Shown: positions 26,071 through 37,581 of the stretch, one piece after another
Numbering within the stretch: the first letter of the stretch is position 1
Layout of the letters: every line of letters begins with the position of its first letter
From: Hyphochytrium catenoides
Lineage: Eukaryota; Protista; Hyphochytriomycota
Length of the DNA: 64,000 nucleotides
NCBI GenBank assembly: GCA_900088475.1
Contig: FLMG01003788.1
Location: forward strand, 1-64,000
Direction of reading: 5' to 3'
Notes under the pieces: generated by a model
The model's input: only the letters and a program-made list of their open reading frames with translations
Database searches by the model: none
Told to the model about the DNA's origin: nothing
Program-made: the position numbers and the translations under genes

Positions 26071-29000
26071 ATGGAGAATCGTCAGCTTTCTCCTCTCTCT
26101 TCTTCTCTTCCCCTACCTCGCCTCTCTTCCCCTTCCTCGTCCTGCAGTTCTCTCCTCCTTCTTTCCTCTTCCCTCTCTCTTCTTCTCTTCTTCTCCTCAT
26201 CCCCTCTTCTCCTCGCCACCTCTTCCTCTTCTTCTCTCTCTCTCCCTTCTCTCTTCATCTCTTCCTCTGTCATCCCCGGTGCAGGGAGAGGCGTCTTCTC
26301 TCTCTCTCCCTTGGAAGAGGGAGAGACGGTGGAAGAATGTTGGACACTGAAGCTTCCCATCGGCATCGCCCGCGCTGGACTGCTCATGGATTATATCTGG
26401 CAATATAACAGCGACTACGAACTCTATACATTTGGCTATTGTTCTCTGTACAACCACCAGACGAACTACTCGGTGACCAAGTACTGGATGCCTCCGGCGC
26501 AGGAGGAGAGAGACGGAGAGAGAGAGAGAGAAAGAAGAAAGAGACGAGGAGGAGAGAAGAGGAAAGACAAGCCTGACTTTCTCTTGGATGAGACGGAAGA
26601 GTATCGGCCTTACAAATTCAATGGGGACTTACTGGGATCTCCTTTTCTTCTCTCCTCCTCTTCCTCCGAGGAGAGAAGAGAGAAGAGCAAGAGAGAGTTG
26701 CCCTCTTCTTTCCCTTTCCCTTTCACTACGAGCGGAGATCTACGGCTGGTGGCATCGAGAGACACGGAAGCAGGAGAGGAACTCTTTGTCTCTTATGGAA
26801 GTGAGTGGCTCCCGGCTCGAGGGTTGGAAGAGACTCCCTTCTCAGGGAGAGAAAGAGTGGAAGAGCGCTGTGACTTCTCTCTCTCTCCCGCTTTAGAGGA
26901 AGAGAAGACGATATGTGCGCCTCTCCCAGGTGTCCAAAGAGTGCAGAAGCCTGATGTTACTATCGGACCTTCCAAGATTCCTGGTGCAGGGAGAGGAGCC
27001 TTTGCAAAGAGGAAAATAAGAGAGAGAGAGACGGTGGAGCTTGCCCCTGTACTTCTCGTTCCTTTTCATCACGTCGTCTTTTCTCTCGTGGAGAACTATG
27101 TAATCAGAGGAAAAGGAGAGAAGACTGCGCTTCTCCCTCTCGGCTATGCAAGCATGTACAATCATGACAAGAAGCCCAACTTGGTCTATAGCTGGGCAAA
27201 CTTTGAAGAGGAGGAGAAGAAACGGAGGGGAGAAGGAGAGAGAGAGAATGCGTCTCTCTCTGCTTCGTCTCTCTTTCTTAACTTTACAGCGCTGAGAGAT
27301 ATTGAGGATGGAGAAGAGCTGACCATTGACTATGGAGACAGATGGGAAGAGGCGTGGAAAAGTTACCTTCTCCGCGTAAACGAGCATCATCTCTCTCTCT
27401 CTTCTTCTCTCTCTTCCTCTCTCTCTTCTTCTCCTTACCCAGAATTCTATCATTCAGTGGAGCCACCAGCAGAACTCTTAGAGAAATGGCCCAAGACAGG
27501 AGCAGTTGGAATGGAGGTGGACGCTCCGTCTCTCCCTGTCTCTCTCTCTCCCGCCAGTGACACATCCTCTCTCTCTCACTCTCTCTTTCTCGATGCTTCA
27601 ACCCTCAATAGCGCAGGAAGAGGCGTCTTTGTCGGGAGAGACTACCGCGCGGGAGAGATCGTGGAAACGTGTCCTCTTCTTCTCATTCCGTCTCACTCTC
27701 TCTCTTACAATATCCTCATAGATTATGTATGGACCAAGAGCTCGCATGAGAGCTTTCTCTCTATGGGATTCTGCATGCTTTACAATCATCAGACAGAGAA
27801 CAACGTGGCCAATCATGACAACAATCTTGGAGTGGAAGAGAGAGAGAGACTCAAGAGAGACTTCTTTCTCTCTCTCCTTGGAAAAGAGGGAGAGAGAGAA
27901 GGGGAGCTCCGTAACCGCAGTTTGGCTACCTGCCTTAGTGAAGAGGAGAGAAAGAAAAGAGGAGAAGACAACGGACTTACGTGTAAAGAAGAAGGAGAGA
28001 GAAGAAGAGAGAGAGAGAGAAAGCTTATGGAAGAGCTGTCTCTTCCTTTCTCTCTCGAAAAGAGCTTCAGCTACGTTGCAAGAAATGATATCGGAAAAGA
28101 CCAAGAAGCCTTTGTCACCTACGGCCAAGAGTGGTTTGACAGCAGAGACATCAAGGAAGAGGCCAAGCCCGAGAAGAAGGAAGGAGAAGAGAAAGAGAGA
28201 GAGAGAGAAGAAGAGGAAGTGAAGAAGAGACTTGTACGGCCCACGCCGCGGGCAGTGCATTATCCAGAGGTTTATCTCAATACGTCCAAGATCTTTGGCG
28301 CGGGGAGAGGCATCTTTGCCAAGAGAGAGTTCAAACTGGGAGAGATAGTGGAAGTCTCTCCCACACATAATCTTCCTCTTCAGCATCTTCGTCGCTCTCT
28401 CCTCGAGAACTATGTCTTTAGACAGAGGAAGAGTGAGAGAGGAGAGAAGGCGAAGAGAGAGAGAGAAGGAGAAGAAGATGAAGGAGAGATTGCCCTTCTT
28501 CCTATGGGTCTTGGTGCTTTCTACAATCACGGAGGAGAGAAGAAGCACAACGTCAAAGTGCTTTGGTACGATGAAGAGAGAAAGAGCACATTCTCTTCTC
28601 TCTCTTCTACTTCTTCCTCTCTCTCCTATCTCGCGTTTGTGGCGACAAGAGACATTCTCCCTCACGAAGAGCTTCTCTTGGACTATGGAAGAGAGTGGGA
28701 GACAGAGTGGGAGAGATATGGAAGATATCTAAGAGATTGCGTGGCGGGGAAGAATGACTGTGGCGAGAGAGAATTCTATTTCTCTCCCTCTCTCTCTCCC
28801 TCTCTCTCCTGGCCCACTACGGCTCAGGGGCTGGACACACAGGTCCAGGAGGCAGGATACGAGCCAGAATGTGGCGCCTACGTCTCTCTTTCTTCCATTC
28901 CTGGCGCGCATCGCGGTCTCTTTTCTGGGAAAACCTATGAGAGAGAGAAAGGGGGAGAGATTATTCTCTCTTGTCCCTCTCTTCCTGTCCCGTATGATGC

Positions 29001-30603
29001 TTGTCTCCAGACAGAGCTCATAGATTATGTTCTGGACTATTCAGAGGGAGAGAGAATGCTGATGATGGGCTACTGTCTCATGGCAAACCACGGCTCGGAA
29101 GAGAGAGAGAGCGTCAATGCTCTCTATATCTTGGAAGCCGTGAAAGGAAAGACGAATGGCAACATGCTGGGAGGGAAGAGGGAGAAGAAGGGAAAAGAGA
29201 AAGACAGTTCAAAGGAGGAAGAGAAAGAAGATAACGACGAGCCAGAGGACGAGGAGGAGGAAGAAGAGCAAGAAGAAGAGGAAGGAGAAGATACGATGTA
29301 TGAAGAGGATGACTTTGCCCCGGGCTTCTCTTTCCCTTTCCTTACAACGCCAAATGTGCATTTCCAGACGAGAGAGGGAGGACTGAAAGAGGGAGAAGAG
29401 ATCCTTGTCTCTTTCGGGGAGGATTGGGCCAGAGCGCGGAACATCCCGGAAGTCTCTGGAGAAGAGAAAGAGAGAGAGAGACAGAGTGCTCTCTCTCTTC
29501 CCTCTCCTCTCTTCCCTTGTCCCTCTATTTTCTTGAGAGCTTCTAAGATCCCCGGCGCGGGGAGAGGAGTCTTTGCGAGAAGAGCCTTTCAAGAGGGAGA
29601 AATCGTAGAAATGGCGCCTGTCTTACTCGTGCTCAAGGACCTGTTCCATGTAAGTCTCTCTCTCTCTCTCTCTGCTCTCTTTCTGTCTCTCTCTCTCTGC
29701 CGCGCGCGCCATCCTGCTCCTTGCTTCTCTTCCGATTTTCCGGCTCGTCTTCTGTTTCCCTTCATATTTTACTTTCTTAGATGCCCTATCTCGTTCTTCC
29801 TCTTTCATTTCTCTCCTTTCTCGGCCTTTCCTTGTTCCTCTTCAGCGCTTCAGGCCGACGTTTTTCTCTCCCTCTCTCTCTTCTCCTCTCTCTCTCTTGC
29901 TGGCCCTTGCTCACTTTTCACTTTTCTCCACCCACTATCTGCCTCCCTCTCCACTTTCTCTCTCTCTCTTTTTCCGTCTTACCTATCCCTTCTGACCACG
30001 CATCTCCCTCTCTCTCTCTCTCTCTTTCTCCTCCCTTTCTTCCTCTCTCTTTCTCTCTCTCTCTCCCTCTCTCTCTCACAGGGCCATATCTCGTCCAACT
30101 ACCTCTTCACCAGCAGAAAGAACGGCGTTGCCGCTCTTCCTCTCGGTCTTGGCGCCTTTTATAACCACGCACGACAGCCCAATCTCGAGTTTTTTTGGGC
30201 AGAACCAGAGAGAAAGAAAGAGAAAGGACAGGAGAGAGACGAAGAAGATGAAGAAGAGGAGAAAGAGGAGAAGCCTTACTTTGCCTTCCGCGCTCTACGT
30301 CCAATAGAGAGAGAAGAAGAACTGACGATTGACTATGGGGAAGACTGGGAGAGAGCCTACAATGAATGGCTGGGAGAGCTAGAGAGAGAGACAATCAATT
30401 CTATCCTCGCGGGAGAGAAAGAAAAGAGAGAGAAGATGCGCCCTTTCTTTCATAGTATTGTCGTCCCTGACACTCTCTCCTGGCCAGAGACTATCCCTGT
30501 CAGCGAAAGAATGTCCACTCCTACGTCTCTCCCGAGGGATGAAGAAGAGAAGAGAGGAGAGAGAGAGATTCCTATGCTCTCAGTCTTGCACGATGAGCTG
30601 TAA
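26071..30603 (+). CDS. Six-SET-domain protein lysine methyltransferase-like protein with putative signal peptide and C-terminal HDEL (exons 26071-29649, 30082-30603; about 1366 aa; alternative ATG at 26038)
   Basis: Six copies of S.IPGAGRG.F / G....YNH / RDI..GEEL..(D/S)YG..W, approximately 26251-26823, 26950-27357, 27583-28146, 28261-28710, 28870-29440, 29521-30370. Intron CAT|gtaagt..cacag|GGC at 29650-30081. Ends CAC GAT GAG CTG TAA. Confidence 0.92.
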   Translation: MENRQLSPLSSSLPLPRLSSPSSSCSSLLLLSSSLSLLLFFSSSPLLLATSSSSSLSLPSLFISSSVIPGAGRGVFSLSPLEEGETVEECWTLKLPIGIARAGLLMDYIWQYNSDYELYTFGYCSLYNHQTNYSVTKYWMPPAQEERDGERERERRKRRGGEKRKDKPDFLLDETEEYRPYKFNGDLLGSPFLLSSSSSEERREKSKRELPSSFPFPFTTSGDLRLVASRDTEAGEELFVSYGSEWLPARGLEETPFSGRERVEERCDFSLSPALEEEKTICAPLPGVQRVQKPDVTIGPSKIPGAGRGAFAKRKIRERETVELAPVLLVPFHHVVFSLVENYVIRGKGEKTALLPLGYASMYNHDKKPNLVYSWANFEEEEKKRRGEGERENASLSASSLFLNFTALRDIEDGEELTIDYGDRWEEAWKSYLLRVNEHHLSLSSSLSSSLSSSPYPEFYHSVEPPAELLEKWPKTGAVGMEVDAPSLPVSLSPASDTSSLSHSLFLDASTLNSAGRGVFVGRDYRAGEIVETCPLLLIPSHSLSYNILIDYVWTKSSHESFLSMGFCMLYNHQTENNVANHDNNLGVEERERLKRDFFLSLLGKEGEREGELRNRSLATCLSEEERKKRGEDNGLTCKEEGERRRERERKLMEELSLPFSLEKSFSYVARNDIGKDQEAFVTYGQEWFDSRDIKEEAKPEKKEGEEKEREREEEEVKKRLVRPTPRAVHYPEVYLNTSKIFGAGRGIFAKREFKLGEIVEVSPTHNLPLQHLRRSLLENYVFRQRKSERGEKAKREREGEEDEGEIALLPMGLGAFYNHGGEKKHNVKVLWYDEERKSTFSSLSSTSSSLSYLAFVATRDILPHEELLLDYGREWETEWERYGRYLRDCVAGKNDCGEREFYFSPSLSPSLSWPTTAQGLDTQVQEAGYEPECGAYVSLSSIPGAHRGLFSGKTYEREKGGEIILSCPSLPVPYDACLQTELIDYVLDYSEGERMLMMGYCLMANHGSEERESVNALYILEAVKGKTNGNMLGGKREKKGKEKDSSKEEEKEDNDEPEDEEEEEEQEEEEGEDTMYEEDDFAPGFSFPFLTTPNVHFQTREGGLKEGEEILVSFGEDWARARNIPEVSGEEKERERQSALSLPSPLFPCPSIFLRASKIPGAGRGVFARRAFQEGEIVEMAPVLLVLKDLFHVSLSLSLSALFLSLSLCRARHPAPCFSSDFPARLLFPFIFYFLRCPISFFLFHFSPFSAFPCSSSALQADVFLSLSLFSSLSLAGPCSLFTFLHPLSASLSTFSLSLFPSYLSLLTTHLPLSLSLFLLPFFLSLSLSLSLSLSQGHISSNYLFTSRKNGVAALPLGLGAFYNHARQPNLEFFWAEPERKKEKGQERDEEDEEEEKEEKPYFAFRALRPIEREEELTIDYGEDWERAYNEWLGELERETINSILAGEKEKREKMRPFFHSIVVPDTLSWPETIPVSERMSTPTSLPRDEEEKRGEREIPMLSVLHDEL

Positions 30604-31074
30604 AGGGAGATGTTCCTTTCTTTTCTTTCTCTCTCCTCTTTGTAGCCCGTCTTTCTTTATTATCTATGTCACCTCTTTGCCTCTCTGACTGTCTACCTTC
30701 ATCTTCTTCTCTCTTTCTCTTGATATTCTCTCCCCCTCTCTCTCTCGTTCTCTCTCTCTGACACACCAGCTTGTGTCGCTATTGGATGCTAATAAAGTAG
30801 CTCGTAATGTAGAACTTGTGCCTGAAGAGGCGTCTTTCTCTCTCTTTCTCTCTCTGTTGTCCGCTATCATCTATCATTTCTTTGGTCCCTTTTTTGCTCC
30901 TCTTTGCCGTGTTTCTCTCTTGTCTCTCACATGGCTTACCCTCTCTCCTCTCTCTGTTCATCTCCTCGCTCTCTTCACCCTCTCTCTCTGCTGGCCAGTC
31001 TATCCTTCTCAGTTGTTTTAGTGTCTCTCTTTGATCATTCTCTCTATCCTCTCTCTCCCTCTCTGTTTCGTCTG

Positions 31075-31395
31075 TCTCTCTCTGTTCAGTTTGATTCTCT
31101 CTCCTTTCAGTCTCTATTCTATATCTGTTTTGTTTCTTTCTCTCTCTCTGTTCAGTCTCTCTCCCTCTCTCGGCTCAGTCTCTCTCTCTCTGTTCAGACT
31201 CTCTCTCCCCCTCTCTCCGTTCTCTCCCTCCTCCATTCTCTCTCTTTGTTACACTCTCTCTCTCTCTCTCTGTTCAGTCTCTCACTCTCCCTGCTCAGTC
31301 TTTTTCTCTCTCCCTGTTGATTCTTTCTTTCTCTCTCTGCTCAGTACTATCTTTCTTTCTCTCCCTGGTTCTCTCTCTGTTCAGTCTCTCTGTAC
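31075..31395. repeat. Degenerate minisatellite: (CT)n tracts punctuated by G(T/C)TCAG(T)
   Basis: About 8-9 recurrences of TGTTCAGT/GCTCAGT separated by variable-length CT runs. Confidence 0.65.
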
Positions 31396-33928
31396 TATGA
31401 ACAAAAGAGAGACAGAGCATATGGGAAGGAAACTGGAAAGAGGGAGGAGAAGAGAAACGAAACACAACGAGAGGAACAAGGAGAGAGACACGCTTTTCTA
31501 GCTCTCAGGAGGGGAGAGGGACTTTTGATAACGTGACTGACAGGAGAAAGAGAGAGTACACTGCCTTTCTTCTTCTCTTGGCAGCCAACAGAGAGAGCAA
31601 AATATGTATACTTCGCCAGGGGGAGAGAGACTTTTCCCTACCCCTCAAGCAGCCAACCAGAGAAGAAGACTTTAGTATATCTCTCTTTCCTTCTCTCTCT
31701 CTCTCTCTTTTTTTCTTCTTCTTTCTTCCTCTTCTTCAGAGCTCCTTACTTCTCCAAACATTGAAAGAGGGACTACCGAGACTGAGGCGGGAGACAGGAG
31801 GAAGACAGAGAGAAGGAGACGAGGAGAGAGAGAGAGAGAAGAAGAGAGAGTGGAAAAATGAGAAAAGCTAGAAGATCTCAACCTGTCGGGAGAGGAAATG
31901 AAGGGAAAGTCCCTGTTGATATCTAGAAAAGAGCTGCTTTGGTGCCTTCTAGAGTGTCGTATCACTGTTCCCTGCTTCTTGTAGTCTCCTCTCTCTCTCT
32001 CTCTCTCTCTCTCTGCTTCTCTCTCCCTCTCTCTCTCTTTCTCTCCCTCTTTCTCTCGCTCTTCTCTCTCTCTCTCTTTCTATCCCTCTTTCTCTCTTCT
32101 CTCTCTCTCTTCTCTCTCTCTCTCCTCTCCTTCTCTCTCTCTCCTCTCTTCCTTCTCTCTCTCTCCTCTCTTCCGTCTCTCTCTCTCCTCTCTCCCTTCT
32201 CTCTCTCTCACACACTCTCACTACGACCAAGAACACTATCGCCCTCTGTCTACCTAATAGCCATGAAAAAGTTTGAGGGATTCCTTACTGCAGCGCCAGA
32301 AGGAAAGAAAAGTTCATCGGAGAGAGAGAGAGTGAGAGCGAAAGAGGAAAGAGAGAAGGGAAGAGAGAAAAGAGAGACAGAGATAGAGACAGAGAAAGAG
32401 AGACTGAGAGAAGAGAAGAGAGGGAAGAGAGAGGGAGAGAGAGAGAAGAGAAGAGAAGAGAAGAGAGAGCGAGACACAGAGAGAGAGCGGGAGAGAACAG
32501 AGAGAGAAAGACAGAGAGAGAAAGAATACAGAAGGGAGAGGGAAGAAAATGGAGAGCTGGCTTTCGGGCGGCTGGAAGAGTATAGAGTCCAGAGCTGACG
32601 TGTTGTTGGAGAAACCGAATGCCTCGCTTTCTCTTTTCTCTCTCTTCTCTGCCCTGATTGCAAATCCTAGCAGCATATCACTCTCTTCTTTCCTTCTTGT
32701 CTTTCTTCCTAGCTAACCTTCTTCTCTTCTCGTCTTTCTCTCTCTTCAATAAGCGTTGGCCTTGCTGAAATTTTTTAGTCGTCGTTGTTGCTCACATTTC
32801 TTTCTGAGGAAAATCTGCTCTTTCTCTCTTCTTCTTCTCCTGTAACTTAAACATCGTTTGTCGATCGTCCTTGATGATCTCGTCTGGAGAAGACTCTGTT
32901 GTTGTCGGAAGAGAAATGCCTGGAGAAGAATGGATAACATTGAAAGAAGGGAAGAGAGAGAAATGAAGAGAGAAAGTGACAGAAAAAATGATGATGTTGT
33001 CTTTCTCTTCTCTTCTTCTTCTTCTTAGTCTTTCTTCTCAACTCCCTGCATCGCCACGCACTAACAACACGCCCAGCAGGAAGAAATAAATAGCGGCCGC
33101 TGATGAGGGTGAGCGATAACGAGAGGAGAGAAGGAAGAAGGAAGGTAGCTGTCAAGAGCGCTCGTCAAACTTGGAGGAGAAGGGAGGAGTACCCGCCAGC
33201 ATGATAAACAAGTTCAGAAAAGTAGAGAAGGATGTTGGGCCACTGTGGGAGAGAGAGAGAGAGAAGAGAGAGAGAGGAGAGAGAGAGAGAAAGAGAGAGA
33301 GAGAATGAGAGAGAGAGAATGAGAGAGAGAGAAGAATAAAGAGAGAGAGAGAGAGAAGTCGTTCTTAGTGCCCTCTCTTCCTCACCAAGATCAAACGGTT
33401 TTGGAAACCAATCGTTTCAGAACACCCCCGGGAGGAACCGTCGAAACGAAATTTTAGCGCTGAAACGTTTAAGCTGGGAAATAAATGAAATATTATAGCC
33501 TCTGTGGATTGATTGACTATGTTGCAGTTCTCAAGCTGAAACCTATGATTTATAGTGAACATATCAAAATGTAGCTGGTCCTGGGGGAGACCAGAACTGG
33601 TGGGAAACGGCTGTTGGGTTGGCAATGTAACGGACGTTTCTGTCCCTTTCTCTCTCTCTTCCCTCCAGTCTCTTTCTCTCTCCTTGTCCTTGCTTTTCTC
33701 TCTCTCTCGCTCGCTCTCACTCTCTCTCTCTCTCTCTCTTTTTCGTGAACTGCCTGGAGGAGAGAAGAAGAGGATGATGGAGAGAGAAGAGGGAAATGGA
33801 CCAGGGGAAGAGTCGTGGATGGCTACTCCTTCATAACGGCCCAGGCTGCCCCATAGTGCACTAGGAAACTCACTAAAAGCTTCGGGCCTTACCGTAAATT
33901 TAGCCAACAGTCTGAGTATAAATGTTAC

Positions 33929-33960
<32 letters not shown>

Positions 33961-34841
33961 TGTTCTCTCTCATCCTCTCTCTCTCTCTCTCTCTTCCCTT
34001 CTCTTCTCTTCTCTTTTCTGCTCTCCCGTTTTCTGGGTCAACTATGGTGGGGTCCTTAACGTCCCCTATGCCCTCTTCTTCATTTTATGTGTCCACTCTA
34101 CAAGCCCCTCCTTTCCTGTTCAGCCCTCACCTTCCCCTCCACGCTGTCTCTACTCCCTCGCTCTGACTCTCCGTTGTCCTACAAATTTATTGTTCTTCCT
34201 TCTCTCCTCTCTCTCTCATTGACCTTGCAAATTTTTCTCCCTATCCCTCGCATGGCTGAGGTCAGCCCCAATCCGCTTGACCGGTTGCTTTTGCCTTGAC
34301 TGCCCAGACTGCCCAGCACTTTTTCTCCTCTCCTCTCTCTCTCTCTCTCCCTCTCTCTCTTTGCCTTTCCCTATCTCCCTCCTCTCATCATTCTCCTGCG
34401 GCTATTTTTCTGTCTTCTCGTTGTCAACACTGACGTCCCTCCTGCCTCACCTGACATCAGGTGCACCTCAAGGCTTTTCCCTATAAATCTCCTTCGTCTC
34501 TCCCTACAATTGCTGGCTAGCCTTTTTGTCCACTTCTATGCCTATGGCCCGGCTTCTTCTCCTCTCTCTTCCATACTTTCCTCCTCTTCCACCTCGTCTA
34601 ACTCAGTCTTTCCTGCCTGCTCTTTTCAAGGCGTCTTACTATCCATAGTGGGTCTCGTCTGTCTCGTCTAGTCCGTCATCTATTTCCCGCCTCTCTTCCT
34701 CACTCTCATCTGTCCTTCTTATGGTGCTGCTACCACCGAGTCCAGTCTACAGTCTCTCTTCCTTCTCTGTCGGCTTCTGTGGCTTTGGCCTTTCTCTTTT
34801 CCTGCATTATACCTCTCTTGTCCCTTTCTCCCTCTTTCTAT

Positions 34842-34886
<45 letters not shown>

Positions 34887-35425
34887 TCACTCTCTCTCTC
34901 TCTCTCCTTCACTCTCTTCTAATTATCTAACAGCCCACTAGCTGTCCCTCCTTTGCAAGCTCCCATCTAACGACACTGGATGTCCGTCACGGCAACTGGA
35001 TGACAAGGCAGAGCTCAGAGCTCAATCTCCGACTTACCCCTTACCCTTTCCTCAAGTCTCTCTCTTCTTCATTCTCGTCCGTTGTCTCTCTCGGAATATC
35101 CTCTTCTTCCCTCAAAAAGAGAAGCCGGTCGAAGGAAGAAGGAAGGGAAAGAGCATTACGTCTGTCACATAACGTCAGAGCCGGTTGCAGAGAACGACAC
35201 ACTCTTGAAAAGGAGAGAGAAAGATTAAGCTAAGTAGCAGTCTCCATCTTCCTAGTTACTCTCTCTCTCTCGCTTTTCCTCCCTTCTCTTCCCCTTTGTA
35301 GCGCAGCTCAGACACTTACACACGGACATTCAAGGGAGAAGAATAGTCCAGCAGCAGCCGCACAACAGGGACGAAGCGGGCGCAACGGAAAGAGAGAGAC
35401 AGAGAGAGAGAGAAAGAAAAAGAGA

Positions 35426-37518
35426 ATGCGGATCCCCAACGCTACTTCTCCCAACCCGATCCCCACGGATGGCCGCCCAAACCCTGAGCTGTCCAACTTT
35501 CCCTCTCCCTTAGAGTACAACTGGTCCTTCTACTTCGCGCTGGTCTATCAAATCTTCATCTCTCTTCTCTCTCTCTCTCTCTTCTTCCGGTACACCAAGC
35601 ACCGCCACCGCTTCCCCTGTACATTGCAGCCTTACCACCTGCAGGCCATCCTCATCCTCGCCCAGCCCTTCATCTCTCTCTCCTACACGCACTTCCATCT
35701 CTTCCCCAACGCTGTGCCCTGTGGTGCGCACATGTTCATCATGTACTTCCCTTTCCTCCTCTACGGCGCACCAGGGAGCGCCTCTAACTTGCGCTTCTTC
35801 TTCCTCTATCGTGCGCAATATCACATGGCGAGAGGCGAGTTTAATCACTTCTTCGTGCGGAAGAAAGAGCTGTTGAAAGGCTATAAGTTTGACTTTATCG
35901 TGCTGTTTTTTTATCTCTGTCTCACCGGCGCCTCGCCCATTGTCCGCGCCGCGCTGACCCCGGCCGAGGCGTTTGGAGAGCCAGTGTGGAAGCTGAGCTG
36001 CTCGTCTCTCTCTTCGGGACAGTTTGCCGCGCATGTCATCTCGTCCTGGGCCTCTGTCTCCTCAAACCGACGAGTTGCTGGGCTGATGAAAGAGGTGCGA
36101 GCGTCTTCTGATTTGTCTTCTCTCTTTCTTCTTCATTCAGGGCTTTTTTGTCTCTCTCTCTCTCCGCCTCTCTTCTCCTTTCATGAAAGTCCTCCATCCT
36201 GGCCAGCGTCTATAATGTTACTGGTCATCGACTCGCTCTCTCTCTCTTCTTCTTCTTGGGTTGAGGAGTGTCTTTCTTTATTTCTCTCTCTGTTCTTCAA
36301 CATTTCGACTTTCTTCCTTGCTTCTCTATGTATAACGGTTCCCTATGGACTCTAACATTTGTTCTTCTCTTTCAATTCTCCCTCTGTTTCTCTCCCTCTG
36401 TTTCTCCTCATCTGTTTCGCTTCCTCTGTTACTCTCTCTCTCTCTGTGTTTCTCTCCCTCTGTTTCTCTCCGTCTGTTTCTCTCTCTGTCTCTGTCTCTC
36501 TCTCTCCTCTCTCTCTCTCTGTCTCTGTCTCTGTCTCTGTCTCTTCCCTCTCTCTCTTATCTCTCTCTGTCTCTCTCTCGCTGTCTCTCTCTCTCTCTCT
36601 CTCATTCTCCAGGTGAAAGAGAGCTACCCATTCCGTGAAAGATATCGCAAGGTGACGAAGCCGATGGCGTACTCTCTTCTCTTCTCTCAGCTTCCCTACT
36701 GGCTCAAACAGTTCTGGACCGACGCCTCTCCCTCTATTTTCAACAACATCGTCTGGGTCTGTTTCTTCATTTGGAGCGCCGCCTATTCTCTCCCCATGCT
36801 TTACTATTTCCATTACAAGGTCTCTCAGGACGCAGCGAATGGATATGTACCGGTAAGAGAGAAAGAGAGAGAAAGAAAGAGAGAGAGAGAGAGANNNNNN
36901 NNNNNNNNNNNNNNNNNNNNNNNNNNGAGAGAGAGAGAGAGAGAGAGAGTTAGAGTTTGTGCGCGGAAAGGGCGGGAAGGTGCCGAGGTTCGGAAGAGGA
37001 TCACTTGATGTCGATAGAGAAGAGAGAAACGATTGTTAGAAGGTTGCACAAGCTGCAAGTCTCTCTCTTACCCTTTCTCTCTCTCTCTCTTTCTCTTCGA
37101 CTCTATTGGATTCATCGTAGCCTCACTTCCGGTTACTACGTTTAGCAAGCTCTAACCTTTCTTTTGTCCTTCACTCTTCACTCTCTCGCTCCTAATCTCT
37201 TTTCGTTCTCTCTCTCTCTTTTTCTCTCTCTCTCTCTCTCTNNNNNNNNNNNNNNNNNNNNNNNNNNNNNNNNNNNNNNNNNNNNNNNNTCTCTCCCTCT
37301 CTCTCTCTCTCTCTCACTGGCAGCCTGTCGCCATGTCTTCCGACCGGTCGAACCGTAAAGTGGAGGCTGTAGAAGTCACAAAGACGACCGGGAAGAAGTT
37401 CAAAAAGGCGACCACGCCTTCAGAACTGAGAGAGATTCTTCTTGGAGATGAGGAAGCCGCACACGGTGAGATGAACAGCACTCGAGAAAGACAGACATAG
37501 TATGGGTGTACAAGAAAG

Positions 37519-37581
<63 letters not shown>

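Noticed and set aside
29650-30081. Apparent multi-TM hydrophobic block in the 1552-aa SET ORF
   Set aside because: Bounded by gtaagt and cacag, and removing it rejoins SET domain 6, so it is an intron.
31075-31395. CRISPR-like repeat/spacer appearance (also considered for 44613-44939)
   Set aside because: Repeats are too short or too few, spacers are microsatellite, there are no cas genes, and the context is eukaryotic.
33150-33175. In-frame TGA in a protein-like stretch as a hint of stop-codon reassignment
   Set aside because: TGA, TAA and TAG all terminate well-supported genes in this window, so the standard code fits.
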